From Thermoclostridium sp. (lineage in GTDB: Bacteria; Bacillota; Clostridia; DSM-8532): a stretch of 32,000 bases of DNA. The stretch spans positions 10,128 through 42,127 of the forward strand of contig DATCKN010000060.1 in assembly GCA_036562185.1 (NCBI GenBank). Direction: 5' to 3'. The position numbers and the translations under genes are program-made. Of this stretch, positions 1 to 8,159 are shown piece after piece. The notes beneath the pieces were generated by a model. It was not told where the DNA came from. It did not search any database and worked only from the letters and a program-made list of their open reading frames with translations. Each line of letters opens with the position of its first letter. Within the stretch, counting starts at the first letter, position 1.

Positions 1-101
1 TGTGTTTTTCAATAAATAGAAAGGTGGCATCAGTTTGATTCCATAAGTTTATATTTGAAACACTCTGTGATTGAATATAGGAGGGGAGTTGTGAGAATTG
101 T

Positions 102-2054
102 ATGGGTATGCGTATTGTTTTTGTTATTGACAACTATGGCGACCTGAACAATGGTACAACAGCAACGGCCCGCAGATTTGCAGAGGAATTTGAGAAGCTC
201 GGACATAATGTCACAATTCTGTCAGCCGGCACAGCCGCTAATGATCAAGCTCAGGTTACCAAATTGAGAGTACCGGTATTCCAGCCTTTAATTGAAAAGC
301 AGGGGTTCTGTTTTGCCCGTCCCAATGATGAAGCATATTACAGGGCATTCAGAAATGCGGATATAGTTCATTTTTTCCTGCCTACCTGGTTCTGCCGAAG
401 AGGCGAATTCATCGCAAGGCAAATGAAAATCCCAACGGTTTCGGCATTTCATCTGCAGCCTGAAAACATTACTTACAGTATCGGGTTAGGGAGGAGCAAA
501 CGGGCGAACGATGTATTATACCGGTATTTCTACCGTTGTTTTTATAACCGTTTTCATTTTATACATTGCCCCAGTGAAATGATTGCACAGCAGCTTAAAC
601 AGCATGGCTACGACGCACAATGCCGTGTCATTTCCAACGGAGTAAATGACTTTTTCAGGCCTGTAGAGGTAAAACGACCTGATAATCTTGAGGGAAAAAT
701 TGTTCTGCTGATGGTTGGCCGCCTGTCGGGAGAAAAGAGACAGGATCTTCTGATAGAAGCCGTTCAGTACAGTAACTACAGTGACCGTATACAGGTTGTG
801 TTTGCAGGAATGGGGCCTAAAGAAAAAGAATACCGCAACCTCAGCAAGAACCTGAAGAATAAGCCCGTTTTCAGGTTCCTTTCCCAGGATGAACTGCTTC
901 AGATGTATAATATATGTGACCTTTATATACATGCTTCTGATGCTGAAATTGAAGGAATTTCATGTATCGAAGCCATGGCTTGCGGTGCAGTACCCATTAT
1001 TTCGGATTCAGAGCTTTCTGCAACAAAATCCTTTTCATTGCATCCGAATTGCCTTTTCAGTGCCGGAGATCCACGATCATTGGCTGAAAAAATTGATTAC
1101 TGGATTGAGCACCCTGAAGAACGGCTTAAAATGAGCAGGATATATGCCGAAAAGGCAGACGATATGCGGGTAAGCAAATGTGCCATGGAGATGGAGAAAC
1201 TGTATAGGGAAGTCATTGCAGACTTCCACGCAAATGGGTATAAACATCCAGACGAATTCCGCCTTCGGCGCATAACTCATCCCGATGCAGATGCCGTTAA
1301 TGTTGCATACTCAAAAAGGACTCCTTTTAAAAAGGCTTTGTTTGCGTTTTTTACCAATCTGCTTGCGCTTATCATATATATTATTGACACTGTATGCTTT
1401 GGCCTGGTGATAAAGGGCAAGACCAATCTGAAGAAAGTAAAGGGTGGAGCAGTTACGGTTATGAACCATGTACACCCCATGGACTGTACCATGGTGAAAC
1501 TGGCTGTTTTTCCACGGCCCATTTATTTTACCAGCCTTAAACATAACCTGGAACTCCCGTTTGTAGGCTGGCTCATCAGATTTTGCGGTGCATTGCCCAT
1601 TCCCACCTGCAGGGGCAGACTGGTATGGTTTATGAAGCAGCTTAAAAGCGGAATTCGGAAAGGGGATTTGGTGCATTTCTACCCGGAAGGGATGCTTGTC
1701 CGGAATTATGAAGGATTAAGGGAGTTTTGCACAGGAGCTTTTTACACTGCGGTACATAGTGGATGCCCTGTTATTCCAATGGTGCTTGTAAGTTTTCATC
1801 CCAGGGGGATTTGGCGGCTGGCAGGAGGAAAACGGCGAATGCAGCTCAGTATAGGTGAGCCGCAATATCCGGACAGCAAACTGCCTCAAAAGGAATCGGT
1901 AATTGAACTGAAGGACCGTACATGGAAAATCATGCAGGAAATGATGAATGAACCGGCGGAGGCAGAAAAAATGAGCCTGTCGGTTGCGGTCCGGGTAGCC
2001 TGTATTCTATACCTGGCCACGCAGGTATATAAAGTTATAAGGATAGGCTTATAA
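102..2054 (+). CDS. Fusion protein: N-terminal GT4-family glycosyltransferase (glycolipid-synthase-like) joined to a C-terminal PlsC/LPLAT-type acyltransferase with flanking TM segments
   Basis: 650-aa ORF preceded by AGGAGGGG. The N-terminal half has a GT-B/GT4 look (RIVFVID..NGTT start; E-x7-E motif EIEGISCIEAMACG). A hydrophobic segment (ALFAFFTNLLALIIYIIDTVCFGLVI) follows. Then come the acyltransferase H-x4-D block (NHVHPMD) and the FYPEGM block, with a C-terminal hydrophobic tail. Confidence 0.8.
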   Translation: MGMRIVFVIDNYGDLNNGTTATARRFAEEFEKLGHNVTILSAGTAANDQAQVTKLRVPVFQPLIEKQGFCFARPNDEAYYRAFRNADIVHFFLPTWFCRRGEFIARQMKIPTVSAFHLQPENITYSIGLGRSKRANDVLYRYFYRCFYNRFHFIHCPSEMIAQQLKQHGYDAQCRVISNGVNDFFRPVEVKRPDNLEGKIVLLMVGRLSGEKRQDLLIEAVQYSNYSDRIQVVFAGMGPKEKEYRNLSKNLKNKPVFRFLSQDELLQMYNICDLYIHASDAEIEGISCIEAMACGAVPIISDSELSATKSFSLHPNCLFSAGDPRSLAEKIDYWIEHPEERLKMSRIYAEKADDMRVSKCAMEMEKLYREVIADFHANGYKHPDEFRLRRITHPDADAVNVAYSKRTPFKKALFAFFTNLLALIIYIIDTVCFGLVIKGKTNLKKVKGGAVTVMNHVHPMDCTMVKLAVFPRPIYFTSLKHNLELPFVGWLIRFCGALPIPTCRGRLVWFMKQLKSGIRKGDLVHFYPEGMLVRNYEGLREFCTGAFYTAVHSGCPVIPMVLVSFHPRGIWRLAGGKRRMQLSIGEPQYPDSKLPQKESVIELKDRTWKIMQEMMNEPAEAEKMSLSVAVRVACILYLATQVYKVIRIGL

Positions 2055-2072
2055 AAAGCCGGCCCGCTCCTT

Positions 2073-2759
2073 TCAAGGGTTGCGGGCTCCTGTTCCTTCG
2101 AAAAATTTCCGGATATCATCCAGATTCAAATCTTTGTAAGTTGTCAAGTATAAATCAGCTATGGCCTTTATATCCTGCTGATCCATATCTGCACTTTTGT
2201 CGTATACAGCCACTACATACAGACCTGATTCTTTTGCGCTTTTTATTGCATAGAGCGCATCTTCGAATACAATAGTATCATGCGCTGAAGTTTTCAGCTT
2301 ATTAAGGGCGATTTGAAAAAAAACGGGGTCGTCTTTTCCGATGCCGGCTTCTGAACATGTAAGAATGAATTCAAAATATTTATCTGCATTAAGCCTTTCC
2401 AGGGCTGCCTTGGCAAGACTGAAGTCAGTGGCTGTGGCGATACACATCCTGATATTGCCTTCATGGAAACTTTCAAGAAAAGGAATGACGGATTCTTTAA
2501 ACGCAACTGTTGTCCGGTAATGGATTTCAATAAGCTCAAGAATCTCTTTTATTATTTCATCATCATTTTCAGCAATTGCGAATTCATGCCTGAAATACCG
2601 GGCAGATTGGTAAAGGCTCATTGTTTTAAGTATTTCATTAATATTCTCAGGAGGATTATAACCTTTTCTTTTTAAATATTCACTCCCGAGGTTTTCCCAG
2701 AAAGGCATCGAATCCAGCAGGGTTCCGTCCAGATCGAATATTGCTCCTTTAAGTTTCAT
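2073..2759 (-). CDS. HAD-superfamily phosphatase, last gene of the thiamine operon
   Basis: 228-aa ORF with HAD motif I (AIFDLDGTLLDS) at the N-terminus and FEDA in the C-terminal part. Its start overlaps the thiE stop by 11 nt, which suggests translational coupling. Confidence 0.8.
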   Translation of the reverse strand: MKLKGAIFDLDGTLLDSMPFWENLGSEYLKRKGYNPPENINEILKTMSLYQSARYFRHEFAIAENDDEIIKEILELIEIHYRTTVAFKESVIPFLESFHEGNIRMCIATATDFSLAKAALERLNADKYFEFILTCSEAGIGKDDPVFFQIALNKLKTSAHDTIVFEDALYAIKSAKESGLYVVAVYDKSADMDQQDIKAIADLYLTTYKDLNLDDIRKFFEGTGARNP

Positions 2760-3396
2760 AGCTCACTACCTTGCTTAAAATTTTTCTCAAATCCTTTACC
2801 GCGGCAGTTATATCATCCTGTGCAAATATGGCCGAGACCACTGCAATACCGTCAATTCCGCTTCCTGCAAGTTCCATTGCATTATCCCTGCTTATGCCGC
2901 CAATTGCAACTACAGGTATTTTAACTGCTTTGCAGATTTCCTTAAGTTCATCGGTGGAAACTGACTTTGCATCGGACTTGGTTGAAGTGGGGAATACTGA
3001 TCCGACACCTATGTAGTCAGCGCCTTCTTCTTCGGCTTTAACTGCCTGCTCCACCGTCTGAACAGAAACACCGAGAATTTTTTCGTAACCTAATAGCTTT
3101 CTTACATCTGCGGCTTTCATGTCACTTTGGCCCACATGGACCCCATCAGCCCCGCAGGCTATGGCCACATCGATGCTATCATTGATTATGTAAGGGATTT
3201 GGTATTTATCCGTAACTGATTTTATTTCCAGGGCAAGCTTAACAAAAGAATCATAATCAAGATCCTTCTCCCTCAGTTGAACTAATGTCACACCGGCTTT
3301 TATGGCCTCTTCAACCGCATCAGCGAGAGAACGGCCTTGAAGCCAGGTGCGGTCTGTGACCGCATACAACAGCAGGGAGGATTTATCGAACTTCAA
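2749..3396 (-). CDS. thiE: Thiamine-phosphate synthase
   Basis: 215 aa with ThiE-typical blocks: LYAVTD, VQLREK, IINDSIDVA..GADGVHVGQSD, LGVS, GADYIGVGSVFPTSTK, VVAIGGI, GIAVVSAI. TTG start at 3396 with GGGGG upstream. Confidence 0.9.
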   Translation of the reverse strand: MKFDKSSLLLYAVTDRTWLQGRSLADAVEEAIKAGVTLVQLREKDLDYDSFVKLALEIKSVTDKYQIPYIINDSIDVAIACGADGVHVGQSDMKAADVRKLLGYEKILGVSVQTVEQAVKAEEEGADYIGVGSVFPTSTKSDAKSVSTDELKEICKAVKIPVVAIGGISRDNAMELAGSGIDGIAVVSAIFAQDDITAAVKDLRKILSKVVSYET

Positions 3397-3688
3397 TTTT
3401 CATACCCCCTTTAAGAGTTTTTGCGTCCATTTTGCTTATTGCGTCAATTGCTTTTCTGCCCGTTTTAATCGTTGTTGCAATTGTTCTTTCATTGAGGGTG
3501 CCGATATTAATAACCAGGGCATCGCATATGGCAGTTATATCCACTGCGTCGTTTTCGTCGTCAGCCATAATGGGCGAACCGCCACATGCAAGAATGACAT
3601 TTGCCACATCATTAACAGTAACGTAATTAGCTGTGCAATGAACCAATGGAGTTTTCTCACGGACATTTTCAAGAATCACGTCAAACAT
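3383..3688 (-). pseudogene. thiM: Hydroxyethylthiazole kinase remnant. About 85 N-terminal residues are joined in frame to a ThiM-like C-terminal tail, and roughly 165 internal residues are missing.
   Basis: The N-terminus matches ThiM (PLVHCTANYVTVNDVANVILACGGSPIMADD...ALVINIGTLNERTI). After TGRKA the sequence jumps to AIDAISKMDAKTLKGGMKIEVR, which resembles a ThiM C-terminus. Total length is about 101 aa against about 270 aa for ThiM. A GGGGG Shine-Dalgarno favours the ATG at 3688 over the ORF-track start at 3742. Confidence 0.6.
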
Positions 3689-3864
3689 AATAATACCCCC
3701 ATAAACATAAATTGCGCAAGGCGCTGGAATACCCGCCTCCATCGAAGATCAGCGGCCGAAACCTTGCCCGGCAGATGTGAGCCGGATGTCACATTTGTTA
3801 AATATCAGTTGAAATTGCCTGGCAATTTTCAGTAGTTTAAAATTAAGGGTAATACAGGGATATG

Positions 3865-3900
3865 ATAAAAATAAAAGGAAGCGCCCGATAGGTACTTCCC
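3865..3900 (-). terminator. Candidate expression-platform terminator of the TPP riboswitch (weak stem, strong U-tract)
   Basis: On the minus strand, GGAAG-N13-CTTCC is followed by TTTTATTTTTAT. The stem is only 5-6 bp. Confidence 0.3.
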
Positions 3901-3924
3901 TTGCATACCAGTATACACCAGTAC

Positions 3925-4022
3925 AATGACTTTCCCTACGTTGGCATTACCCAAATCAGGTTATAAGGGTCGAAGCTGTATCGCTTCCTCTCAGCCTGCA
4001 CACAAGCTCCCCTCGATATTTA
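3925..4022 (-). promoter_or_regulatory. TPP (THI-box) riboswitch aptamer upstream of the thiM remnant, thiE and HAD operon
   Basis: The minus strand reads CGAGGGGAGC..GCAGGCTGAGAGGAAGCG...GACCCTTATAACCTGATTTGGGTAATGCCAACGTAGGGAAAG. This carries the conserved GGGG.GC, CTGAGA, ACCC..AACCTGAT and TAATGCCA.CGTAGGGAA blocks. Confidence 0.85.
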
Positions 4023-4106
4023 ACTGTGAGGAATATTATCACAGATCGGTATGGATGTCAATGGAAAAGAATACAGAAAATAAAAATTGAAATAAAAAAT
4101 TTAATC

Positions 4107-4132
4107 AAAACGTTTTTATATTCTCAATCGTA
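4107..4132 (+). promoter_or_regulatory. Candidate ECF-type (possibly autoregulated) promoter: AAAAC-N17-CGTA
   Basis: AAC ends at 4111 and CGTA sits at 4129-4132, a 17-nt spacer. The predicted start lies just upstream of the AAAGGGGGA Shine-Dalgarno and the TTG start at 4157. Confidence 0.3.
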
Positions 4133-4156
4133 TTACTTATGAAAGGGGGAAGTTAA

Positions 4157-4648
4157 TTGAAAAGTTCTTTATTGCGTACGAGTGAAGAGCTGTTACAGAT
4201 TTATAACCGCCATGTGGATACTGTCTACCGGATTTGCTATATGTTTATGAAAAACGAGTCTGATGCGGAGGATATGGTTCAGAACACATTTATCCGGTTA
4301 ATGAAAGACAGGACTGTTTTTCAAAGCGAAGAACATGAAAAAGCATGGCTCATAAGAACTGCAACCAATCTATGCAAGGACCATTTCAGGCACTGGTGGT
4401 CAAAAACTGTAAGCATTAATCATGTTCCGGAAGAGGAGGTTGAACAGCCATTCTTATCCGACAACATTCTGGAAAAGGTTATGGCGCTTCCCTCTAAATA
4501 TAAAACGGCTGTTTATTTATATTACTATGAAGGCTATTCAACTGTAGAGATTGCTGAAATTTTGAAGAAAGACCCGTCTACAATCAGGGGCTATCTGCAT
4601 AACGGCAGAAAGCTTTTAAAAATGGAAATGGCAGGTGATGAAGAATGA
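4157..4648 (+). CDS. ECF-type RNA polymerase sigma-70 family factor
   Basis: 163 aa. Region 2 (DAEDMVQNTFIRL...AWLIRTATNLCKDHFR) and region 4 HTH (YKTAVYLYYYEGYSTVEIAEILKKDPSTIRGYLHNGRKLLK). TTG start 6 nt after AAAGGGGGA. Confidence 0.85.
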   Translation: MKSSLLRTSEELLQIYNRHVDTVYRICYMFMKNESDAEDMVQNTFIRLMKDRTVFQSEEHEKAWLIRTATNLCKDHFRHWWSKTVSINHVPEEEVEQPFLSDNILEKVMALPSKYKTAVYLYYYEGYSTVEIAEILKKDPSTIRGYLHNGRKLLKMEMAGDEE

Positions 4649-5850
4649 AAAAAGAAGACTTGAAGGCATCATTTGATCGGCTGAAACCTGGTGAAACCGC
4701 AAAAAAGAGGATGCTTGACAATATTTTGAACCAATATGAAAAAAAGAGGGTGTTTTATATGCCATCAGGCGTAAAAAGGGCAATTCCTGCTCTGGCAATA
4801 ATTGTTGTGCTGGCCGGGGGACTCCTGGCTTATAATAATCTGATACAGGGTAACCGTGGTATGCCTAATGGCTATAATGATATTAAAAATGTCGACACAG
4901 GAAGAGAGGATGCGGCAGCCCCGATTCTGAACCAGTTTAAGATTAAAGACAGGCATTATATATTATTATCTGACGACTTAAGGGAAGATTATGGCCTGCC
5001 TGTGCTGATTGATGAAAAAGATATCGGCAAAAAGATTGCCGATGTTGCATCAAGCCCTGATGCAAGCCTTATAGGCAGCGAAGTTTACAGTTATATCCCG
5101 GCGGGCTGTGAAGCAATTGTTGCTGTAAAGAATGACAGCGGATACCGCCTTTTCAGGTTCTTTACCTTTGAAAGCTATAACAATAACCAGGATGAAGATG
5201 CGATGGAATATTTGAAACTGTATGGCATAAACAAAGCGGAGGACATCGCCAAAATCCGGCTCATACAGAATTCGGAACAGGGCAGGCTCCAGGGGGGAAC
5301 GGACATTATTGCAGAAATAACAGGCAGGGATGAAATTACAAGCTTCTATGGCTTTTACTCAACATTGAAGAATTCCAGCGATAAATATTTTGACGCCCTG
5401 TTCAATTTCAAAGGTATGAGTTCTGATAACAATAGAGATGAAAGCAATTCTTCCTTCCCCCGTGCATCAACCCCAGAGCTTACAGCACCGGATAAGATTG
5501 GGACCGGAACAGATATGCCGTTGGATGTAACCAACCCGGATGAAACTGCAAATTATCTTCCTCCGGTAAAAACAGATGATGGAGGGGCTTCATCAGGTGA
5601 TACGCCAATATCAAGCGGTTCTTCATTACCAGGCTCCACAATGGTGGATAAGGGCAATGCAGGTTCGGGCACGGTGGAACCGTGGCGCGGTGCTGCAGGC
5701 GATGCATTGGCAAATCCGATAACAATAAGAATATATAATCAAAACGGTATATATTATGATTCACCATATTACAGAAACATCGGCTTTATTTCGAGGTATG
5801 AACTGGGTGAAGATTTTGAACGGTTTATAGCAAAATATCTGGATAATTGA
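4645..5850 (+). CDS. Putative single-pass membrane anti-sigma factor with a large extracytoplasmic domain and an S/G/P/T/D-rich low-complexity stretch
   Basis: ATGA overlap with the sigma gene stop. A short cytoplasmic N-terminus is followed by one TM helix (AIPALAIIVVLAGGLLAY). No H-x3-C-x2-C zinc motif. The function is inferred from position only. Confidence 0.55.
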   Translation: MKKEDLKASFDRLKPGETAKKRMLDNILNQYEKKRVFYMPSGVKRAIPALAIIVVLAGGLLAYNNLIQGNRGMPNGYNDIKNVDTGREDAAAPILNQFKIKDRHYILLSDDLREDYGLPVLIDEKDIGKKIADVASSPDASLIGSEVYSYIPAGCEAIVAVKNDSGYRLFRFFTFESYNNNQDEDAMEYLKLYGINKAEDIAKIRLIQNSEQGRLQGGTDIIAEITGRDEITSFYGFYSTLKNSSDKYFDALFNFKGMSSDNNRDESNSSFPRASTPELTAPDKIGTGTDMPLDVTNPDETANYLPPVKTDDGGASSGDTPISSGSSLPGSTMVDKGNAGSGTVEPWRGAAGDALANPITIRIYNQNGIYYDSPYYRNIGFISRYELGEDFERFIAKYLDN

Positions 5851-6024
5851 TTTTAAATGCTGTCGATTCAGAGGATTTAACTTAATACAGCGGTATATCG
5901 GTTAAAGGGAATTAAAAACAATAACAGTAAAATCTTAAACCTGTTTAAAACAGAAAAGAAAAATGGTAGAATAAAATTAAGTTTGATTTCAGCAAGGTTT
6001 GTTTATAAAATCTCAAAGGGGTAT

Positions 6025-7839
6025 ATGGGTTTGAGAAGGAAATTATATATAGGATTATTGTTTTTAATTCCCGTTTTGGCTTATGTCCTTATGCATGTTG
6101 TAAGGACTCAATATAAACCGGTGGATAGCGGGTATTTTGAGTACGAAGCGAAAACCGCAGAGGAAATTACCTCGGTTCCGGTATCGGTCTTACCTACTCC
6201 GGTTGAGCCCCCTACTATATCTGAATTGCTGGCAGAGCTGGAATCAGGAGTAAAAGCCATAGAGGATGATTTAATATTGCCTTTGACTAATGAAGAAAAT
6301 GCTTTAGGTTATTATTCGAATCTGATACTTGCAAATCGTTATGACATGGAAAATAAAGATGCCAGTGAGTTTTACAGAGCAGCTCTTGATCTTTACTACA
6401 CCGATGAAATTCACTTCAAATTAGCGGATCATCTTTTAAGAAACGGAAGATTGGAGGAAGCCGAAAAAGAGTATCTGTTGCTTCTTCCGGATGACAGGGC
6501 TTTGCAGGCATTAACAAGTCTTAACACCGGGATTGAAAAAATTTGCGAGGCATATGCCAGTAAAAAGGAATGGAAGGCGCTGGAGGAACTTCTGAAACCG
6601 GTTTTTGAACAGTCTTCCAATAATATTGAAAATACTTTGTTTGTAAAGTATTATGCGCAGGCTCTTTATGAACAAGGCAATTTCAAAGGAGCGTTGCCTT
6701 TCTACAAAAAATTGCATGAACTGGACACTGACGATTCAAATATTGCCTGGCTTTATGCGCGTTGCCTTGAGTCAGCAGGGCAGACATCGGCGGCGTTGAA
6801 AATATACTCGTCCCTGGGAGAAAAGGGGGCATACAGGCAGGGGTTAATACTTCAGAAGCAGGGGAAATATATTGAAGCTGCGGAAGCTTTCGCAAAAAGC
6901 AACGAAGCCGTTTCATTGTGGCAGGCTGCACGGATATGGGATTCCAGAGGAATGACCGAAAAAGCTATAGAAATGTACACACGTGTAGCATCAATTGCCG
7001 GTTCATACCAGGATGATGCTGCATATAGAGCGTATATCCTGTCCAAACGGGTTGGCAAAAATGATGTACACAAACTGGTAGAAGTCCTTTCGTATCACCC
7101 TGCATGGATGGTGAGAATAGGGAAAGAACCTGTGGTTCCCCAGCTGTACGATATTACTTATCAAAGACCGGAATATTTAAAACAGGCTGCGATATATGAA
7201 GCAGACGGGTATAAAGATGCGGCGGCAATTGAAGTGGCAATCGGCTCAAAAGAAACCAAGCTTGAAGAAAAACTGGCGCTCGGCGACTGGTACCTGGAAC
7301 GGGGAGAGTATTATAACTCAATTTTGTGGGGAATCAGATCACTAAGTGAACAACCCACAAGAAGGGGTTATGAGCTTGCATATCCACAGTTGTTTGATGA
7401 ATATGTCCTTGAAGTGTCAGAAAAATACAATCTGGAGCCTGAGCTGGTTTGGGCTGTTATAAGGGAAGAAAGCCATTTCAGATTTGATGCCGTATCTAAG
7501 GCGGGAGCAATGGGGTTGATGCAGATAATGCCTTCCACCGGAAAAGATATTGCAGCACGTCTGGGTATGGCCATAACGGATAATGACCTGCTGAACCCCG
7601 AAATCAATATAAAGCTCGGAGCTTTTTACATTAATTCGATGTTAAAGATGTTTAATTCGGATATCGACAGGGCAATGGCAGCGTATAACGGAGGTCCCGG
7701 AAACGTTAAAAAATGGCTGGAGAGCAGTTTTATGACTTCGGATGAAGACTTCCCGACGGCCATTACTTTCCTTGAAACCCAGGAATACATCACAAAAGTA
7801 CGAAACTCATACCACGTTTACAAATGGTTATATGAATAA
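6025..7839 (+). CDS. Soluble-lytic-transglycosylase (Slt/GH23) domain protein with an N-terminal membrane anchor and a TPR-like repeat region
   Basis: C-terminal SLT motifs: IREESHFRFDAVSKAGAMGLMQIMPSTG and AAYNGGPGNV. A long helical-repeat middle. N-terminal anchor LYIGLLFLIPVLAYVLM. The ATG at 6025 follows AAAGGGG; the ORF-track TTG at 5983 is less likely. Confidence 0.85.
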   Translation: MGLRRKLYIGLLFLIPVLAYVLMHVVRTQYKPVDSGYFEYEAKTAEEITSVPVSVLPTPVEPPTISELLAELESGVKAIEDDLILPLTNEENALGYYSNLILANRYDMENKDASEFYRAALDLYYTDEIHFKLADHLLRNGRLEEAEKEYLLLLPDDRALQALTSLNTGIEKICEAYASKKEWKALEELLKPVFEQSSNNIENTLFVKYYAQALYEQGNFKGALPFYKKLHELDTDDSNIAWLYARCLESAGQTSAALKIYSSLGEKGAYRQGLILQKQGKYIEAAEAFAKSNEAVSLWQAARIWDSRGMTEKAIEMYTRVASIAGSYQDDAAYRAYILSKRVGKNDVHKLVEVLSYHPAWMVRIGKEPVVPQLYDITYQRPEYLKQAAIYEADGYKDAAAIEVAIGSKETKLEEKLALGDWYLERGEYYNSILWGIRSLSEQPTRRGYELAYPQLFDEYVLEVSEKYNLEPELVWAVIREESHFRFDAVSKAGAMGLMQIMPSTGKDIAARLGMAITDNDLLNPEINIKLGAFYINSMLKMFNSDIDRAMAAYNGGPGNVKKWLESSFMTSDEDFPTAITFLETQEYITKVRNSYHVYKWLYE

Positions 7840-7895
7840 AAATGTAATGTCCCTGTCCAATGCAGTGGAAAGATTGATTATAAAGAAATTTTCTG

Positions 7896-7924
7896 TTGAT
7901 GTGACCCTGAATGGTTCATATAAT
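7896..7924 (+). promoter_or_regulatory. Candidate sigma-A promoter TTGATG-N17-TATAAT
   Basis: -35 TTGATG (7896-7901), a 17-nt spacer, then -10 TATAAT (7919-7924). It lies in the intergenic region after the transglycosylase stop. Confidence 0.4.
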
Positions 7925-7981
7925 AAAAGCCGGTAAAACTTTTTGCTAAATTTGCATAATGGTTCGAAAGGAGTGGTTTTT

Positions 7982-8017
7982 ATGTCAGTAATGAGAATTG
8001 GGGTGATTTTTTCTTAA
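7982..8017 (+). other. 11-codon mini-ORF (MSVMRIGVIFS) with a strong Shine-Dalgarno. Possible leader peptide or small protein.
   Basis: AAAGGAG (7967-7973), an 8-nt spacer, then ATG. It lies inside the orphan promoter-terminator unit. No homology evidence. Confidence 0.2.
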
Positions 8018-8159
8018 TTTAATAATGGCACAGGTGCACAGGTAAGCTTTATATTAAGGTTTATTTTGTGATACCTATGCAGCTTCTTTCGAGCAACCAG
8101 GCGGAACAGGCCGTATGTTTGCATACAGCGAAAAGCCTTAAATAGTGAGTGACGAGATA

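Noticed and set aside
516-932. Long antisense or overlapping ORFs listed in the six-frame track: 516..932(-), 1311..1676(-), 3347..3835(+), 8809..9282(-), 9583..9927(-), 11875..12273(-), 13538..13861(-), 27244..27576(+), 27443..27811(+) and many of 60-95 aa
   Set aside because: Each lies fully inside, and antisense or out of frame to, a gene with clear family motifs. They lack convincing Shine-Dalgarno sequences, and their translations are low-complexity or Cys/Ser/Leu-rich with no recognisable domain.
7742-7936. 64-aa ORF overlapping the end of the transglycosylase gene
   Set aside because: It starts inside the slt coding region in another frame. It has no Shine-Dalgarno and a low-complexity basic translation.
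8026-8042. Sigma-54 promoter (TGGCAC...)
   Set aside because: TGGCAC is present, but the GG-to-GC spacing to the following TGCA is about 7 nt rather than the required 10, and there is no TTGC element.
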